35,325 bases of DNA from assembly GCA_013115145.1 (NCBI GenBank), contig JAAPAO010000371.1, positions 1 to 35,325 of the forward strand, read 5' to 3'. A program made the position numbers and the translations under genes. Shown here piece after piece: positions 12,444 to 24,970 of the stretch (positions are counted from its first letter, which is position 1; the number at the start of each line of letters is the position of its first letter). The DNA is from Perkinsus chesapeaki ATCC PRA-425. Taxonomy: Eukaryota > Protista > Perkinsozoa. The notes under the pieces were generated by a model, which saw only the letters and a list, made by a program, of their open reading frames with translations, ran no database searches and was not told the origin of the DNA.

Positions 12444-15400
12444 ATGAGCAACTATCGAGAGACTTTAAAACCTAGATTGTTATCGTCGCTTTATGGATCT
12501 GAAACAGCTCGCTGGGAGGTACTCGTAAACGGCGATGAGCAGTCAATAGGCTTCTGTTGTCGAACTGCATGCATTTCTGTGATTACATCCCTGGCTCCTC
12601 TGCCTTCAGCAAAGATTCCATATTTCAGCTTTTTCAATGTTACGCTTTCTTTCTGATTACACTAGCAAATACTCCTCCGTATCGTCCAGTAGATCACCAG
12701 AGGCCGTCGTCGGACAACTCATGTCCGATTTACTCTATGAGCTTTTCCTTAAAACGCTAGGCTCTACCCGTGTCACTGTCAAGTAGGTCGTATAGCCCAC
12801 CCCATAGTGCTCTGCAGGGCCTTCTCCTTTCAGACACAGAGGAGAGTTGATAACGGTTACCGGGGTTCCCTCTATAGCGGCACGACCAAAAACCATCCTT
12901 GGGCTTCGTTCTACATCTGAGTCTTTACCGAGGCTTTGTAGCACCTACGCATTTTCATTATACATATGGAATGTACAATCAAGCGGATATGAGATAATCT
13001 GTAACAACTTGAGAGAAAGGCGTGGTTCCCGTCACCTCTTAGATCATGCTCATGAACCCTCTGGGGCGTATACTGTCAGGACAGTTCCGTCCGCTGCATT
13101 ACCCAGTGAGGCTCGCATCACCTTCCGTTTCACCGGGGTATGCGCGGTTCACTATTCCGGTTATTGACACTGCAATGTAGGTATATTCTAGTGGAAGATA
13201 TTCATATGGTATCGAGTGGGCTATACGACGGCTTGCTTTAGCGTGGCCGAATGTCGGCTTTTGTATGCGTACTTCAGCAGTAAGCCTCTCCAAGGACGCC
13301 GTTGGTAGCAATGTTATCCTAGTGCGCTCATCTGGATACACCGGAGGAGCAGCGTATAACCATACCTGCTTTGAAGGGTGCGTCCGAGGGGCGTCTACAA
13401 GAACGCTTCGGACAAGTTATGAGTGCTTCGAGGCTTGACCAATCGCATTCTCCAAGCACCGATCTAGCTGGTTGTATGAGGCATTGCATGCACAGAGTGA
13501 TTTACATAGAGTAAATCATTTGTGATAGCATCTGCCTAATCAGACAAATGGCCATAGTCCACGTCAGAGCCGCGAGCAGATGAGCGAGGCTGACTTCACT
13601 ATGATTGAGGGCTTGTGGGGTGAGCTGTTGTTGTTGTTGTTGTTGTTGGTGTTCTCACGGCCACTGTGGCATGATCAGGTGGGATATCCAATCCTTTACA
13701 TCACGATGAAGAGCTGCAGTTGATTTTCATTGACGGGAGGCCTATAGAACGATGCATTCTTCACGAGTCAACAATATCATAATCTACTCGAGTGTATTGT
13801 CCTCCTCGCTAGGTTTATAACATCTCTTTATTTGGAATGTGGCAAGGCGTTGGAGTGCCCAGCGTGTACAGAGCATTGTCCTCGGAGTAAAGGCAACCGT
13901 CGTCGACAAAAGCCCAATCAACACCATGTGTTCATACTAGTACTGACTCTGCCATATCCAACCTTCTCCGACTTGCCATTAGTTGCTTAGAGGATCACAG
14001 AGTCGGGGTGCAAGCCCCATGTCCTCGGATGGATCTGCTAGAATTCAGTGGTCGAAAGGGAGTGATGTCACCCCCTCAGAGAGAACACTTGGTAAGAAGA
14101 GTTAAGACAAACACAACCCGCATTCCTCGGGTTTTCCAAGGACAACTCGGTGAAGCTTTCAAGCTGGCTGTTCCTGACAAGACCAACTGCAGCTTGCTCG
14201 ATCGTCTGGTATTCGACAAGTTTCCTACTCACCAACGTGTAGGATGCAGTTATATATAACATGAACGATTGGCAATCGAGTAGGTGCTCAGCTCATCAGC
14301 TAGGCTCGACTCAGCGAAGAAAAGGATAACCAAACTGTCACCATCGCCGGCGCTATCACAGTGCACAAAGCGTGTAAAACTATTGGACTCTCATCAATGC
14401 CAGCGATACAGTGGCAAGTCGAAGAGGCAAAGAGCAAATAGAAAAAAGAACGATGAGGACCCTGAGACTCAGCGACCTTCGAGGCGAATGTCGTCCAGAA
14501 GCTGCTCATCGGTCGAAGCGTCTAGAAGCGCTATATCGGATAAAGACACAGAATCATGCATGCCTTCGGTGAGAAGGCGCTCCATGCATAGTATGACGAT
14601 GAGTGAAAATAAGTCTGTTGCGAATGAAGTTGTAACACTGACCGAGTCTGTTATGAGCATCAGTCCGCGGGTAACAGGGGCCGATACCTATGGGGCAACA
14701 GCCTCTACCGTTGCTTCAACTGCCGATATTGACCACAATTCCAATTTGGTGAAGAAGGTCTCAGCTACGACCAAGGCAGTCACCATAGCCAAGTCCAATA
14801 CGATCGGTAGCGGTGTACGCAATGAGAGAGGCTCTTCTGGTGCCGTCAAGCGCCAAAGGACCTCCACAATGTCGGTGAAGTCACGTAAGATGATCAGGTC
14901 TTGTGAAGAGCTCCTGAAGAGTTCCACAAGATCTCGGTCGTTGAAAATGCTAAAGTCTGGCTCTATTGATTCGCCAGTCCGAGGTTGCTTGATGGACTTC
15001 CATAGGAATATGTTTGCTAGACTAACTGATACTAGACAAGTCGACAATAAGTTTATTATCGGGCGCCTCGACGGCACTTTAATTGCCATCGACCAGCACG
15101 CAGCTGGTGAGAGAGTAGGGTTAGAGATGCTGATGGGATCAAAAGATATGTTAACCTCGCGACCCATCACTGAAGCTCAACTCCCAATCAAGCCGACAGA
15201 CGCATTAACCTTGATGACCCGTGAAGATACTCTTGTGCAACATGGTTGGCGGTACAGGATCGTCGGCGCTTCAGTCAGAGTGGTTGGTGTACCAAAAGTG
15301 AAGTCAGGCTTTCTATCTGCAAGCCCTCATCACTTGCTACCTTGGGCTGAGCAACTTCCCTTCCCGGCTCAGCTGCATTATATGTGTGCGACAACTGCTT

Positions 15401-15609
15401 GCCGCCAAGCTGTGAAGTTCGGTGATGTTATGACACACCATGAGGTGCGGTGGATGATTACAAGGTTGAGTGAATGTGACATGCCGTTTCAGTGCGCTCA
15501 TGGTCGACCTACAATATACCCATTATGCAATGTACCGACCGGACATCCACGAGGCGCGTGTCCAGATCCTGTTTTATCGATGCTGGTTATAGATCCTCTT
15601 CTCCTATGA
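12444..15609 (+). CDS. MLH3: MutL homolog MLH3, multi-exon
   Basis: C-terminal IDQHAAGERVGLE (DQHA-x2-E-x4-E), ACRQAVKFGD and MPFQCAHGRPT are MLH3-type. N-terminal remnants ASVVEL, IRRLALAWPNVGF and FIDGRP. 5' exon structure uncertain. Confidence 0.85.
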
Positions 15610-16131
15610 GTTGTTTTGTCTCTACTATCCTTTTGTGGCGTTCCAAATCCATTACAATTGACCTTTCGAACGACGTCGGATCAGGTATCTTGACAGGTTG
15701 GGGATTCAGTGAAGCCTGCCGTCTATTTGAGTGTGGATTATATCCTCACTTGTAAAGTCAAAATCATGGTTGTACGGGTTTCTCAAACTACTTATGACGC
15801 AGACACTAGATCCTCCCCAAGTTGCTCTTGCTACTTGGTTAGTGAAAACCTTCTGGATAGTTCTCTTTAGAAACCCCGTTTTATTGACTTGCTCAATAGA
15901 ACTGTATAGTTTTCGGACTCCGGCCTTCGGCCTAAGAAGTTCGATAAGTTAGTGAATGAGGGTGAACAAGAATACAGGGCGTCTATCTCTAGAATGTGGA
16001 AGCACCTGTCACACAAGACAAGGGGTCCCACTTTGTTCTTGTCCATGCAAAGACTTCGATGAATAGCCGATAAGGGCAACTAGGTATATTGACAAATAGG
16101 TGTGTACTATGTGTTTTGTCCATTGCGGATA

Positions 16132-16901
16132 TCAGAACTCGGAGATTTTTCCACAGGCTAAACGAGCGCCGGAGTTACCGCCGGTAACTTACCGGTCGTC
16201 ATCGAGCTTGGATCTCCACCTTTTCCCAAATCATCACGATCGGAATGAAGCACATCCGAACGACCGACGACCGAGTAAGAGCCGTTGAGGACGATGAGGT
16301 CGGTGTAGAAGTGACCTTTAGCTACTCCTGATGCATCAGCCTGGATATTGAATTGCAACCATTGGGCTCAAATACCGATGTCTCATGAACATGAACACCA
16401 TGATAGGAGTGCGGCTCTAATCCACTGCCATGATATGATATTAAGGTAGCCTTTTTGGATTGCTTCAACGCGAATGCGCCACGAGCAGAGCTACCGCTTC
16501 CTCAGGGCTCAAGGATAGTTGCGGCATATTTGCGCAATCGCCTTGCGCGAACTTTAAGAAGAAGGTTATCAACATATCCAGGAGCCTCCCGGCTTCCTCG
16601 TCTTAGCACTTACCTGGTGAGATTTCAGCACAGCGTACTGGATAGAGTCGGTCCTGACTGAGCAAGCTCTCGTTCCTTCGGTCTTTGTTGACTCTACAAA
16701 GAATCTAAAAGCAAAAGTCTACCATTGCGACCCCAAGCCTACTCACAAATCCTGACACACATGTGGAGGAGCTTTATCATCTTCACAACGAGACCCAGGC
16801 TCAATGTATCCGGGTATTTGATCACAGAAGTTGTTGCAAACGTCACCTTTGGTACTAACAAAAGCGAAGCAAATTACACTCGGTCTCAGCAAGTAGGACA
16901 T
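16132..16901 (-). pseudogene. Cys-domain/Cu-Zn SOD copy 1, pseudogene
   Basis: Same 3-exon layout as the intact copies. Has an in-frame TGA, a ~79-nt deletion removing GGHYNP..RHVGDMG (the Zn ligands) and a 14-nt insertion near the 3' end. Confidence 0.9.
16174..16195. mobile_element. Putative hAT excision footprint inside SOD pseudogene 1, target GTTACCGG
   Basis: GTTACCG+CCGGTAAC+TTACCGG, perfect match. Paralogs carry a single GTTACCGG (20466-20473, 28212-28219), so this is a +14-nt derived insertion. Confidence 0.85.
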
Positions 16902-17720
16902 TTTAACCTTCTCCGCTCAAGGGTTACTCGAATAGATGCGATGTTTTGATTCAAGTGGCCGATATTTGTCCCGACAGGAATCATAGCTTATGGAGCGTCG
17001 CACAGAATCTTATGTGGCGCATTTTACTCACATCGATATTCTCAACCTTCGCGAGCTTGTAGACCTACCTGGCCTGTGAAGTTGCTCGCTGCTCTCATCA
17101 ATCTCCTTTTATCAGTATCTGAGAAGGTGATATATCCAAAGGACTATCCTTCCGAATGGCCTTTCGATAGTAGATGCTCGTCACCCCCACTGGAGCACAT
17201 TTCAGCTCTCCTGACACTGACTTTGCATGTCCCATGAGTGCCTAAGCTCAGACATTCTGTTTGCGAGCTCATTGTGTTAAGAGAGCGTGCATCGGTACGG
17301 TGGTGCAATCGGGGGACACAGTTAAAGAAACCAAAGCTCGAGAACACCGGGCTAAGATAAAACATGTACGACACCATATTATCTCTGCTTCGTATTTCTG
17401 TCGGTGATATTATAGCACCGCCGAGGGCCTATCACACCCCGAGGAGGAGGCCTTGAGTAACTCCCGATCAGTTTGCGAAGGGTTTATAAGAACACCCTCT
17501 CTATTAACCTGCTCAATATAATAGAATAGTTTCGGGAAACTTTTGAGAAGTCCGCCGAGTTCATGAATGAAAGTTGAAAAGGATGTGAATAGCGTGACTC
17601 CTGACGACAGAGAGGGACTTCCCTTCTGCTGATAGCATTTTGCTATCGAGACATTAGGATTCAATGAAAAGCCGACAACGAACCGCAGAGCTTTTGGTAC
17701 ATATCATGTACTATATAATC

Positions 17721-18569
17721 TTAGCCGATGATTTTTCCACAGGCCAAACGAGCGCCGGAGTTGCCGGTCGTCTTCGAGCTTGGATCTCCACCTTTTCCCA
17801 AGTCATCGCGATCCGCGTGAAGCACAACCGATCGGCCGAGCACCGAGATAGAGCCTTTGAGGACAATGAGGTCGGTGTAGAAGTGACCTTCAGCTACTCC
17901 TGATGCATCAGCCTGGATATTTCCCATATCCCCGACGTGGCGAACTGTAGAGTTCCTATCGCCGTGGGAATTATAGAATGGGTTGTAGTGACCACCAGCC
18001 GAGTTGCAACCATTGGGCTCAAATACCGATGTCTCATGAATATGAACACCATGATAGGAGTTCGGCTCTAATCCACTGACGTAATATGATATCAGCGTAG
18101 CCTTTCTGGATTGCTTGAAGCGGATTGTTCCGCGAGCAGAGCTGCCGCTACCGAAGGGTTCGAGCTTAGCTGAAGCATACGCAGGCAAACGCCTTCGACG
18201 GACTGTAAGGAAAACCTCATGGACAGACGTGGGAACGCCTCTAGCTCTCTCGCCTTAGTGCCTACCTGGTGAGATATCAGCACAACGCACTGGGTAGAGT
18301 TGGGGACAATATTTGCTGGTCGCAACAGAACAAGGTCTCGCATCAGCGCTTGTTCGAGACTTCACGAAGAATCTGAAGCCTATGGTGTACCACGAAAAGA
18401 TTAGGCCTGCTCACAAGTCCTTGCACACATGCGGAGGAGCTATATCGTCTTCACACTGGGACCCTTTTTTGCTGCATCCAGGAATTTGAGCGCAGAGATC
18501 GCTGCAAGCGTCACTACAAGCTGCCACAGAGCTGAACCAAACCGCAGTGAGTATCAGAAAGAGGGACAT
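17721..18569 (-). CDS. Secreted 8-Cys domain + Cu/Zn superoxide dismutase, copy 2 (intact, 3 exons)
   Basis: Signal peptide MSLFLILTAVWFSSVAA and Cys domain. HGVHIH, GCNSAGGHYNP, SHG, RHVGD, VVLH and ARLACG retain all Cu/Zn ligands, the disulfide Cys pair and the catalytic Arg. Confidence 0.92.
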
Positions 18570-20426
18570 TCCAACCTAAGTTGCTAGAGTATATGTAAAT
18601 TATCTGGGCTTAGTCATCTGGAGAGGAGTCCTACTTAATGGAGCGTTACGCAACATCTATGTCCCGTGGTTCGCTCACACCGGCTTTGTGAGACTCAGAA
18701 CCTCGCGACCGTATTTGGCCGTTAATAGGTTTTCTTATCACCTCATTTTTCCCAGGTTTCAAGTGATATCTATAGTTGCTTTCTTGCCTGTAGTCATATA
18801 CCTAGCCGCGACTTATCCAATCAATTGAAATAGGATGGAGCATGGCCTGTCTAACTCATAGGGAAGCAATTCGAGTATATACGTGTTGATTGAAGATGCA
18901 TTATATTGCGGATGCATACTGAATTCTTCTCTCTCAGTACTGGTGGTTGAGACTCATGATACTCCGGCTATGGCTAGGACAGCAACTATCCAGGCAATAA
19001 GTTGTTCCAGCGATTTCCCTATCAAATGCTCTTCTAAAAGTCAAGCCTTCCATCTCCCAATAAGCTCCATTTCAGTTATCTCCAAACTCATGTAGCTCGC
19101 CGCGTAAGTGTCTAAGGCTCTCACCTGTGCGCGTAAGGTATACCTTCTTCAGCAGGACTATTATACGCCATGAGTTATGAGGCGAAATCCATCAGTGGAG
19201 ACCCTCTCTTCGCACCTTTTTGCGCTGGGCACCTGAGACATCTCCTCGTGAAATTAGTTCTTCCGAGGGAGCACGCATCGACGAAGGGGCGAGCTGTCCA
19301 AAGGATGCAATATACATGCCGTAATGCGAAAATTAGGCTAAATTTCGACTGTTATGATGTGAACTACAACTAGGCTATCTCAGGTTGTTGAAGGTTTCAA
19401 CGTCGAAGAGATGAATAACATCCCAAGACAGTCCGCCAGACAATCTCAGGCACTTCTTCTTCACAAACCCTACCACACGATAACGAATGTGGTCGTCCGC
19501 ATTCAGTTCCTCGTCACCGCGCGAATTGAAGGATCGTTCCATAGTCATGAATTATCGCACGAGTTTGAGCGAAGGCGGTAAGAGATGTGTTGCCATCAAG
19601 GGCCTGTATGGGTATGCTTCTCCGGCCTAATGCCGGCGGCATCGTTGAAATCGGAATTTCCACTGGGCCAAAGGCGGCAGCTCTCTCTCTAGCGGTCATG
19701 CAAGCCCTGTTCATGCACAATCATGTGATACTTTGGGCTCGGCACGCCTTTTCCCCTGCCAGCTACGTTTCATGCCATCGGGAGCTGTCTGCAGCCAAGC
19801 TGTAAACCTGCTTGATGCTTTGACTCATCGTGCAGTCCCTCAGATAGTGAGGGAGTGGATGTCAACTAGATGTCAACGTTTCAGTGCGCCAACAGTGGGG
19901 TTCCACCTGGTTCGCGCAGTGATTCTCGTGCGAAGCGCGAAGTGGCACATTCGGATATCATTTGGCAAAAGCGCTCGTTTCGCGAATCGTTGTGCGAGAA
20001 GCTTTCTACATGGTTTTTACAACGGGTCGCGCTCCACTGTCTTCCTTTAGTGGTTTTGATTGAAGTGACTAGGACACCATAGAGTTAATGCAGTGTTTGT
20101 GCTTGGTTCTACTTTACGTGCGTCTCAGAGAATGTAGAAGCATCTCGAATGCAAAGATGACCTTACATAACTTTACATGAGTAAATCTGAACATCTTCGT
20201 ATTAACAAACTCAATAGGATGGAGTAGTTCCAGGAAACTGACCTTGCTAAGAAGGTCGTTCAGTTCACGAATGAAAGTTGAGAAGAATGCGGGGCCTTGC
20301 CTCCTAAAGACAGTGCAAGGTTCCCTTCTGAGGACAGCATTTTGCTATCGATACAAACAGTATTGGGAGAAAAGCCGATGAGGCAATATCTACGCTTCGG
20401 CTTGGTAACACCAAGTTGTTATAGCT

Positions 20427-21272
20427 CTACTCAGAGATTTTACCACAAGCCAAGCGGGACCCGGAGTTACCGGTAGTCAATGAGCTCGGATTTCCACCTT
20501 TTCCCAAATCATCACGATCGGAGTGAAGCACAACCGAACGACCGACGACCGAGTAAGAGCCTTTGAGGACGATGAGGTCGGTGTAGAAGTGACCTTTAGC
20601 TACTCCTGATGCATCAGCCTGGATATTTCCCATATCCCCGACGTGGCGAACTGTTGCGTTCCTATCGCCGTGGGAATTATAGAATGGGTTGTAGTGACCA
20701 CCAGCCGAGTTGCAACCATTGGGCTCAAATACCGATGTCTCATGAACATGAACACCATGATAGGAGTGCGGCTCTAATCCATATACATCATACGATATCA
20801 AAGTACTCTTGTAATCTTGCTTGAAATGGAATGTTCCACGAGCGGAGCTGCCGCTTCCATGAGGCTCTAGCTTGGCTGAAGCCTCAATCGGCAACCGCTT
20901 AGGATAAACTGAAGAGAAGATGTTACGAAGGGGAAGCCTATTGAGGCTCGGGCGTACTCGCCTACCTGGTGAGATGTCCGCACAGCGTACGGGGTACTGT
21001 TGCGGACAATACTTGCTGGTCCCTACTGAGCAAGCTGTAGCATTCGCACTCTTCGAGGACTTCACGAAGAACCTGGAAGCGAGGGTGTAACATTGCGGCC
21101 TGAAGCCTACTCACAAATCCTGGCAGACATGCGGAGGCTTCAAATAGTCTTTGCAATAAGATCCTTTCCTACTGCACCCGGGGATTTGAGCACAGAGATC
21201 TTTGCAGGCGTCACCGTGGGCAGCAATGACAGAGGTGAAGCAAGCCAGGCTGAGTACCAGTAAGAGCGACAT
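20427..21272 (-). CDS. Secreted 8-Cys domain + Cu/Zn superoxide dismutase, copy 3 (intact)
   Basis: MSLLLVLSLACFTSVIAAHGDACKDLCAQIPGC..; all SOD1 ligands and SRLACG present; same two intron positions as copy 2. Confidence 0.92.
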
Positions 21273-22687
21273 GTTTAATGAGGAGGCTTATAAGTGAATT
21301 AACAGATGTTGTGTTTGGCCCAAAGTGTCCCGCGAGGAATTCCACTTGGTGGAGTGTCGCACAGAATCCATATTGTGCATTTCGTCCCCGTCATCGGTAT
21401 CAATCTCCCAAGCCTCATACTACACATGGTTCATACCTGATAGGTTTCGTCGTTAAATAAGTATTTCGAACTTTAGAGTGCTACGTGTAGTTGCTATCCT
21501 TCCTAGGACTAGACGGTTCTGCCTGAGACTAACCCTGCGAGTTGAAAAAAGACACGGAGCAGAGATTCTCAATTGTATGGAGGAGGGTTGTCAGTGAGCA
21601 TACTCGTTTGGAATGAGTTTTCGGCTCACTATGAGCTCTTGGCACTCCGTTCTTGCCACTGGGACTCTCTCCTACCCTCGAGATTTTTCATAAGCTAATT
21701 GCATGTACTCATGTGCGATGAAATTGAGTTGCTTTCCGCCTCGAAATCTCGGGTGACAGCCGAACCTCTCAACCCTAGCTGGCCTCCATCTCAGTGATCT
21801 TGCACCGATGCTCTCGCTTTTTTATGTACCATGCGTCGCTCCGAATCCCGCTACGATACACGCCCTTCCGGAATACGGGCGGTAGGAGCTTCCCCCTCGC
21901 TCTAGGCACTAATCGCATCTTGCAGTCAGGTTTGTTGATGGAAAGCTTCGTGGGACAGGGGCTCGCTCGGTATACATCGGTCGAAGGATGTACGCCTGCC
22001 CCGTGTGGTCTTAGCATCGATAGCACCGGGTGCATGAGGTCCATGAAGGTGCATGTGGTTACAACCCTAGAGTGAATGTGCCCTTGACAAGCGGCACTTG
22101 CAGAACACAACCAGATCGTCTTACTACTGGTTGCTTAGTAGGTGACGTGAGACAGCTTAAGTCACGAACGTCTTCATCATCTACAGTCCACGCATTTGTC
22201 GGATAACTATAGAGTCTCATCTCGAATGCGTAACTGGAAGGCTGGATCGATAATCATCCTTCGCGAGTATGGCAGCCTGGGGCGACCGGCCCAAAGTTCT
22301 CTTGAACGCTCTATTGCCCTTGTTTTACTGACATTGACTCAACACATTGCTTCTGGGTTCTCATGATGAAGTCTACTCGACTGACGATGAGATTGCGATG
22401 ATCGCGCAGCCTAGCCATGCAGCACTGCGTTGATTTCCGTACTTCCGTCTCCTTCTGGCGACAAACAAAAAAGCCAGCAATAGCACGCGTATGCTCTTAG
22501 GAGCCATGACAAATGTGCATCATCGGGAAGCGCACAGACACATGAAGTGCGAGCAAAAGTAGACCTAAATGGGACCAGGTCCAGCAATATCATCGAACTC
22601 ATTCCTAACTAAGGAGGTTACATAGTAAGTAAAATAGATGCCGAAAGCGAGGATAACATAACAGAAGGTGGACTGTCGCCGAACAGC

Positions 22688-23597
22688 TTAGGACAAGATA
22701 TCATCATGTGGAGATATCACCCCGTAGATGTTACCGCACGCCAACGGAGGCCCTGAGTCCCCAGTCGTACTTGATCTCGGACCTTTACCTTTCCCCAGAT
22801 CATCACGTTTCGCGCTGATCGCAACAGTGCGCTGAAGGACATTAAAAGGGCCACAGAGGACGACGAGTTTAGTGTAGAAGTGACCAGCAGCTACTCCGGA
22901 TGCATTGGCTTGAATATTACCTAGATCCCCAATATGGCGAACTGTAGAGTTCTTGTCGCCGTGGGAATTATAGAATGGGTTGTAGTGACCACCAATAAAA
23001 TTGCAAGTCGATACATTGAACGGCAACGGCTTCTCATGGATATGTAAACCATGATAGGAGTGTGGCTCTAATCCACGAACAACATATGATACCCGTGTAA
23101 CCGTAGCATTTTGGTCAAACTCGATCGTGCCATTGGCTGGACTACCAGTTCCATGTCCAGCGATCCAAGCCACCCCTTGTTGTGACGGGAACGGACAATA
23201 CCCATCTGATCAGGAGGAGAAGCTGCCACAATAGTGAGACCTTTGTGTGGCGAGTTGAACTCGCCTTGTTGAGCCCCTTCCGTGTTATCCTACCTAGTGA
23301 GATATCATAACATCGGACGGGATACTGCGTAGTGCAGCGAGGGTCGAAATGGAGTGAGCACGGCGTAGCATTAGCACTGTTCTGGGACTTCTCGAGGTAT
23401 CTGGAGGAGAGTATCGATCATCCGCTCCTTCCTCCTTCTCACATATTCTGGCATACAGGCGGCCATCGAGCCTTGTTGCAATAAGACCCATTATTGCGGC
23501 ATCCAGGTGTCAGGTCACAGAGATTCTCGCACGCGCTTTCATCTCTAACCGCGGTTGCCGAGACACATGCCACATAGAACACCAGCGAGGAGAGCAT
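22688..23597 (-). CDS. Secreted 8-Cys domain + divergent Cu/Zn SOD-like protein, copy 4
   Basis: Intact 3-exon ORF keeping HGLHIH, GGHYNP, SHG and RHIGD. The VVLH motif reads VAIS and RLACG reads PLACG. Confidence 0.88.
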
Positions 23598-24107
23598 TTA
23601 ACAGCCAGGCTGAGGGATCGAACTCCTAATGAGCGTAATGCGATACATTTGGAGTCCAGTTTTCGGACTCAGCTTCAGCAGGAGAGGCGTGACCTGTCCC
23701 AGCTCCGCGGGGCATGGAACGTCTCAGCTCCATCGATGCTCGAACTTGCCTGATTTGTTCCCTGGGTGTGTTTCCTATCATCTACATGGTTTTTGTAGAC
23801 GATGGGGAATCTACACCGCCTGTCAGAATCTATAACTGTTTGTCCCGGTGGTTCGAAGGGCCTTGTGTTCAAGGTATACACGGTCGAAAAATAGAAAGAC
23901 ACCGGGCGTCTGCGGTGACCATGTTAGTGACAGTGGATTGATGAACGATTGCATCTTGGAGCATGCGTTTAGACACCCTAGAACGTTCATGTATTTAATC
24001 TTGCCGGAGTCAGTGAACTTCGAGTCAACGAGAGATCGGGAAAAACTACAAGTCGGTCATTCTCTTTTCTGATGGCCGCAGGCGTGTTAGGTTTATGTGG
24101 CTACATC

Positions 24108-24129
24108 TTGCTGTAACAGCAACGCTGTT
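24108..24129. mobile_element. Putative hAT excision footprint, target TTGCTGTT
   Basis: TTGCTGT+AACAGCAA+CGCTGTT, 1 transition. Confidence 0.7.
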
Positions 24130-24970
24130 CTTAGTATATGAACTTAACTTCAATATGGAGAAATACGAAGATCCTTTTACCGTCGCTTTGCCATACAGCT
24201 CGTCAATGCGACAGGCCTCTCGTTGACGAACATAGGTAAGAATCTGACGCGCGATCTGACCGTCAGATTGAAAGGGTGTAACCTACCGATACCTGCCCGT
24301 CACGCTTGGGACGCCTGCCCTTCTTGTGGTGGAGACTTCGATCTATTATCACATAGATTGGATATTTCGAGTAAACCACTCCCGGCATTGAACTACAGAC
24401 CAAAACAAGTGCATCATGAGCAACGTCCGCGTTTCGTATATGCTCTCGCTCAATATGGGATAACGTTGACTGCACAATCAACTCCACCAACTATCTCAAT
24501 GCAGCACGACACCAGTTGGTGAGGTTTCGAAGACCGTTACTCGCGCTCGGCTTCATCAAACGATTCGTGGGCCAGTGCCTCAGCCATGGCCGTTCTCTTA
24601 GGTGGATCAACTCACATAAGCTTTCTTCTCATCTATTGTTCTCAAATTCAGGAGAAACGGGAAGCCCCCAGTCTGGCTCCCGGTACTGCGCAGTACTGCA
24701 CATCGGCGCTACCCTGGTGGTCTCAAATGAATGGCACTCAAGTTACTTCCAACACTCTTTGCAATGACTTGCTCAACACCGATCGGGAAGGACAATGAAA
24801 AGCGGAAATAACGAAGTTACGCCCCGAAAAAGGCAGGCGAATAAACACCCTGCCATAAAAAGACCTCAGGTGACCAGACCATCATGACCTGGGGAGCCTC
24901 GTCGTCGATGCACAGGAAAATTGAAAAAGTTTTTATAAGGCTGGCACGGGCGATCCAGGTCTGTAGGGAC

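Noticed and set aside
10835-15609. Adjacent RAD51D and MLH3 as a DNA-repair operon
   Set aside because: Only two neighbours in a gene-dense eukaryote, with no shared regulatory evidence in the sequence.
21770-22070. 9-bp direct repeat CAACCCTAG flanking ~280 bp as a TSD-bounded insertion
   Set aside because: No terminal inverted repeats or poly-A tail; a single 9-mer pair can occur by chance.
15610-24960. Short ORFs in spacers (e.g. 15867-16079, 17144-17664, 19170-20082, 21775-22110, 24223-24798)
   Set aside because: No recognisable motifs or consistent exon chains. Part of this DNA (17570-17700 vs 20270-20420) is just duplicated flank and may be a decayed gene remnant.
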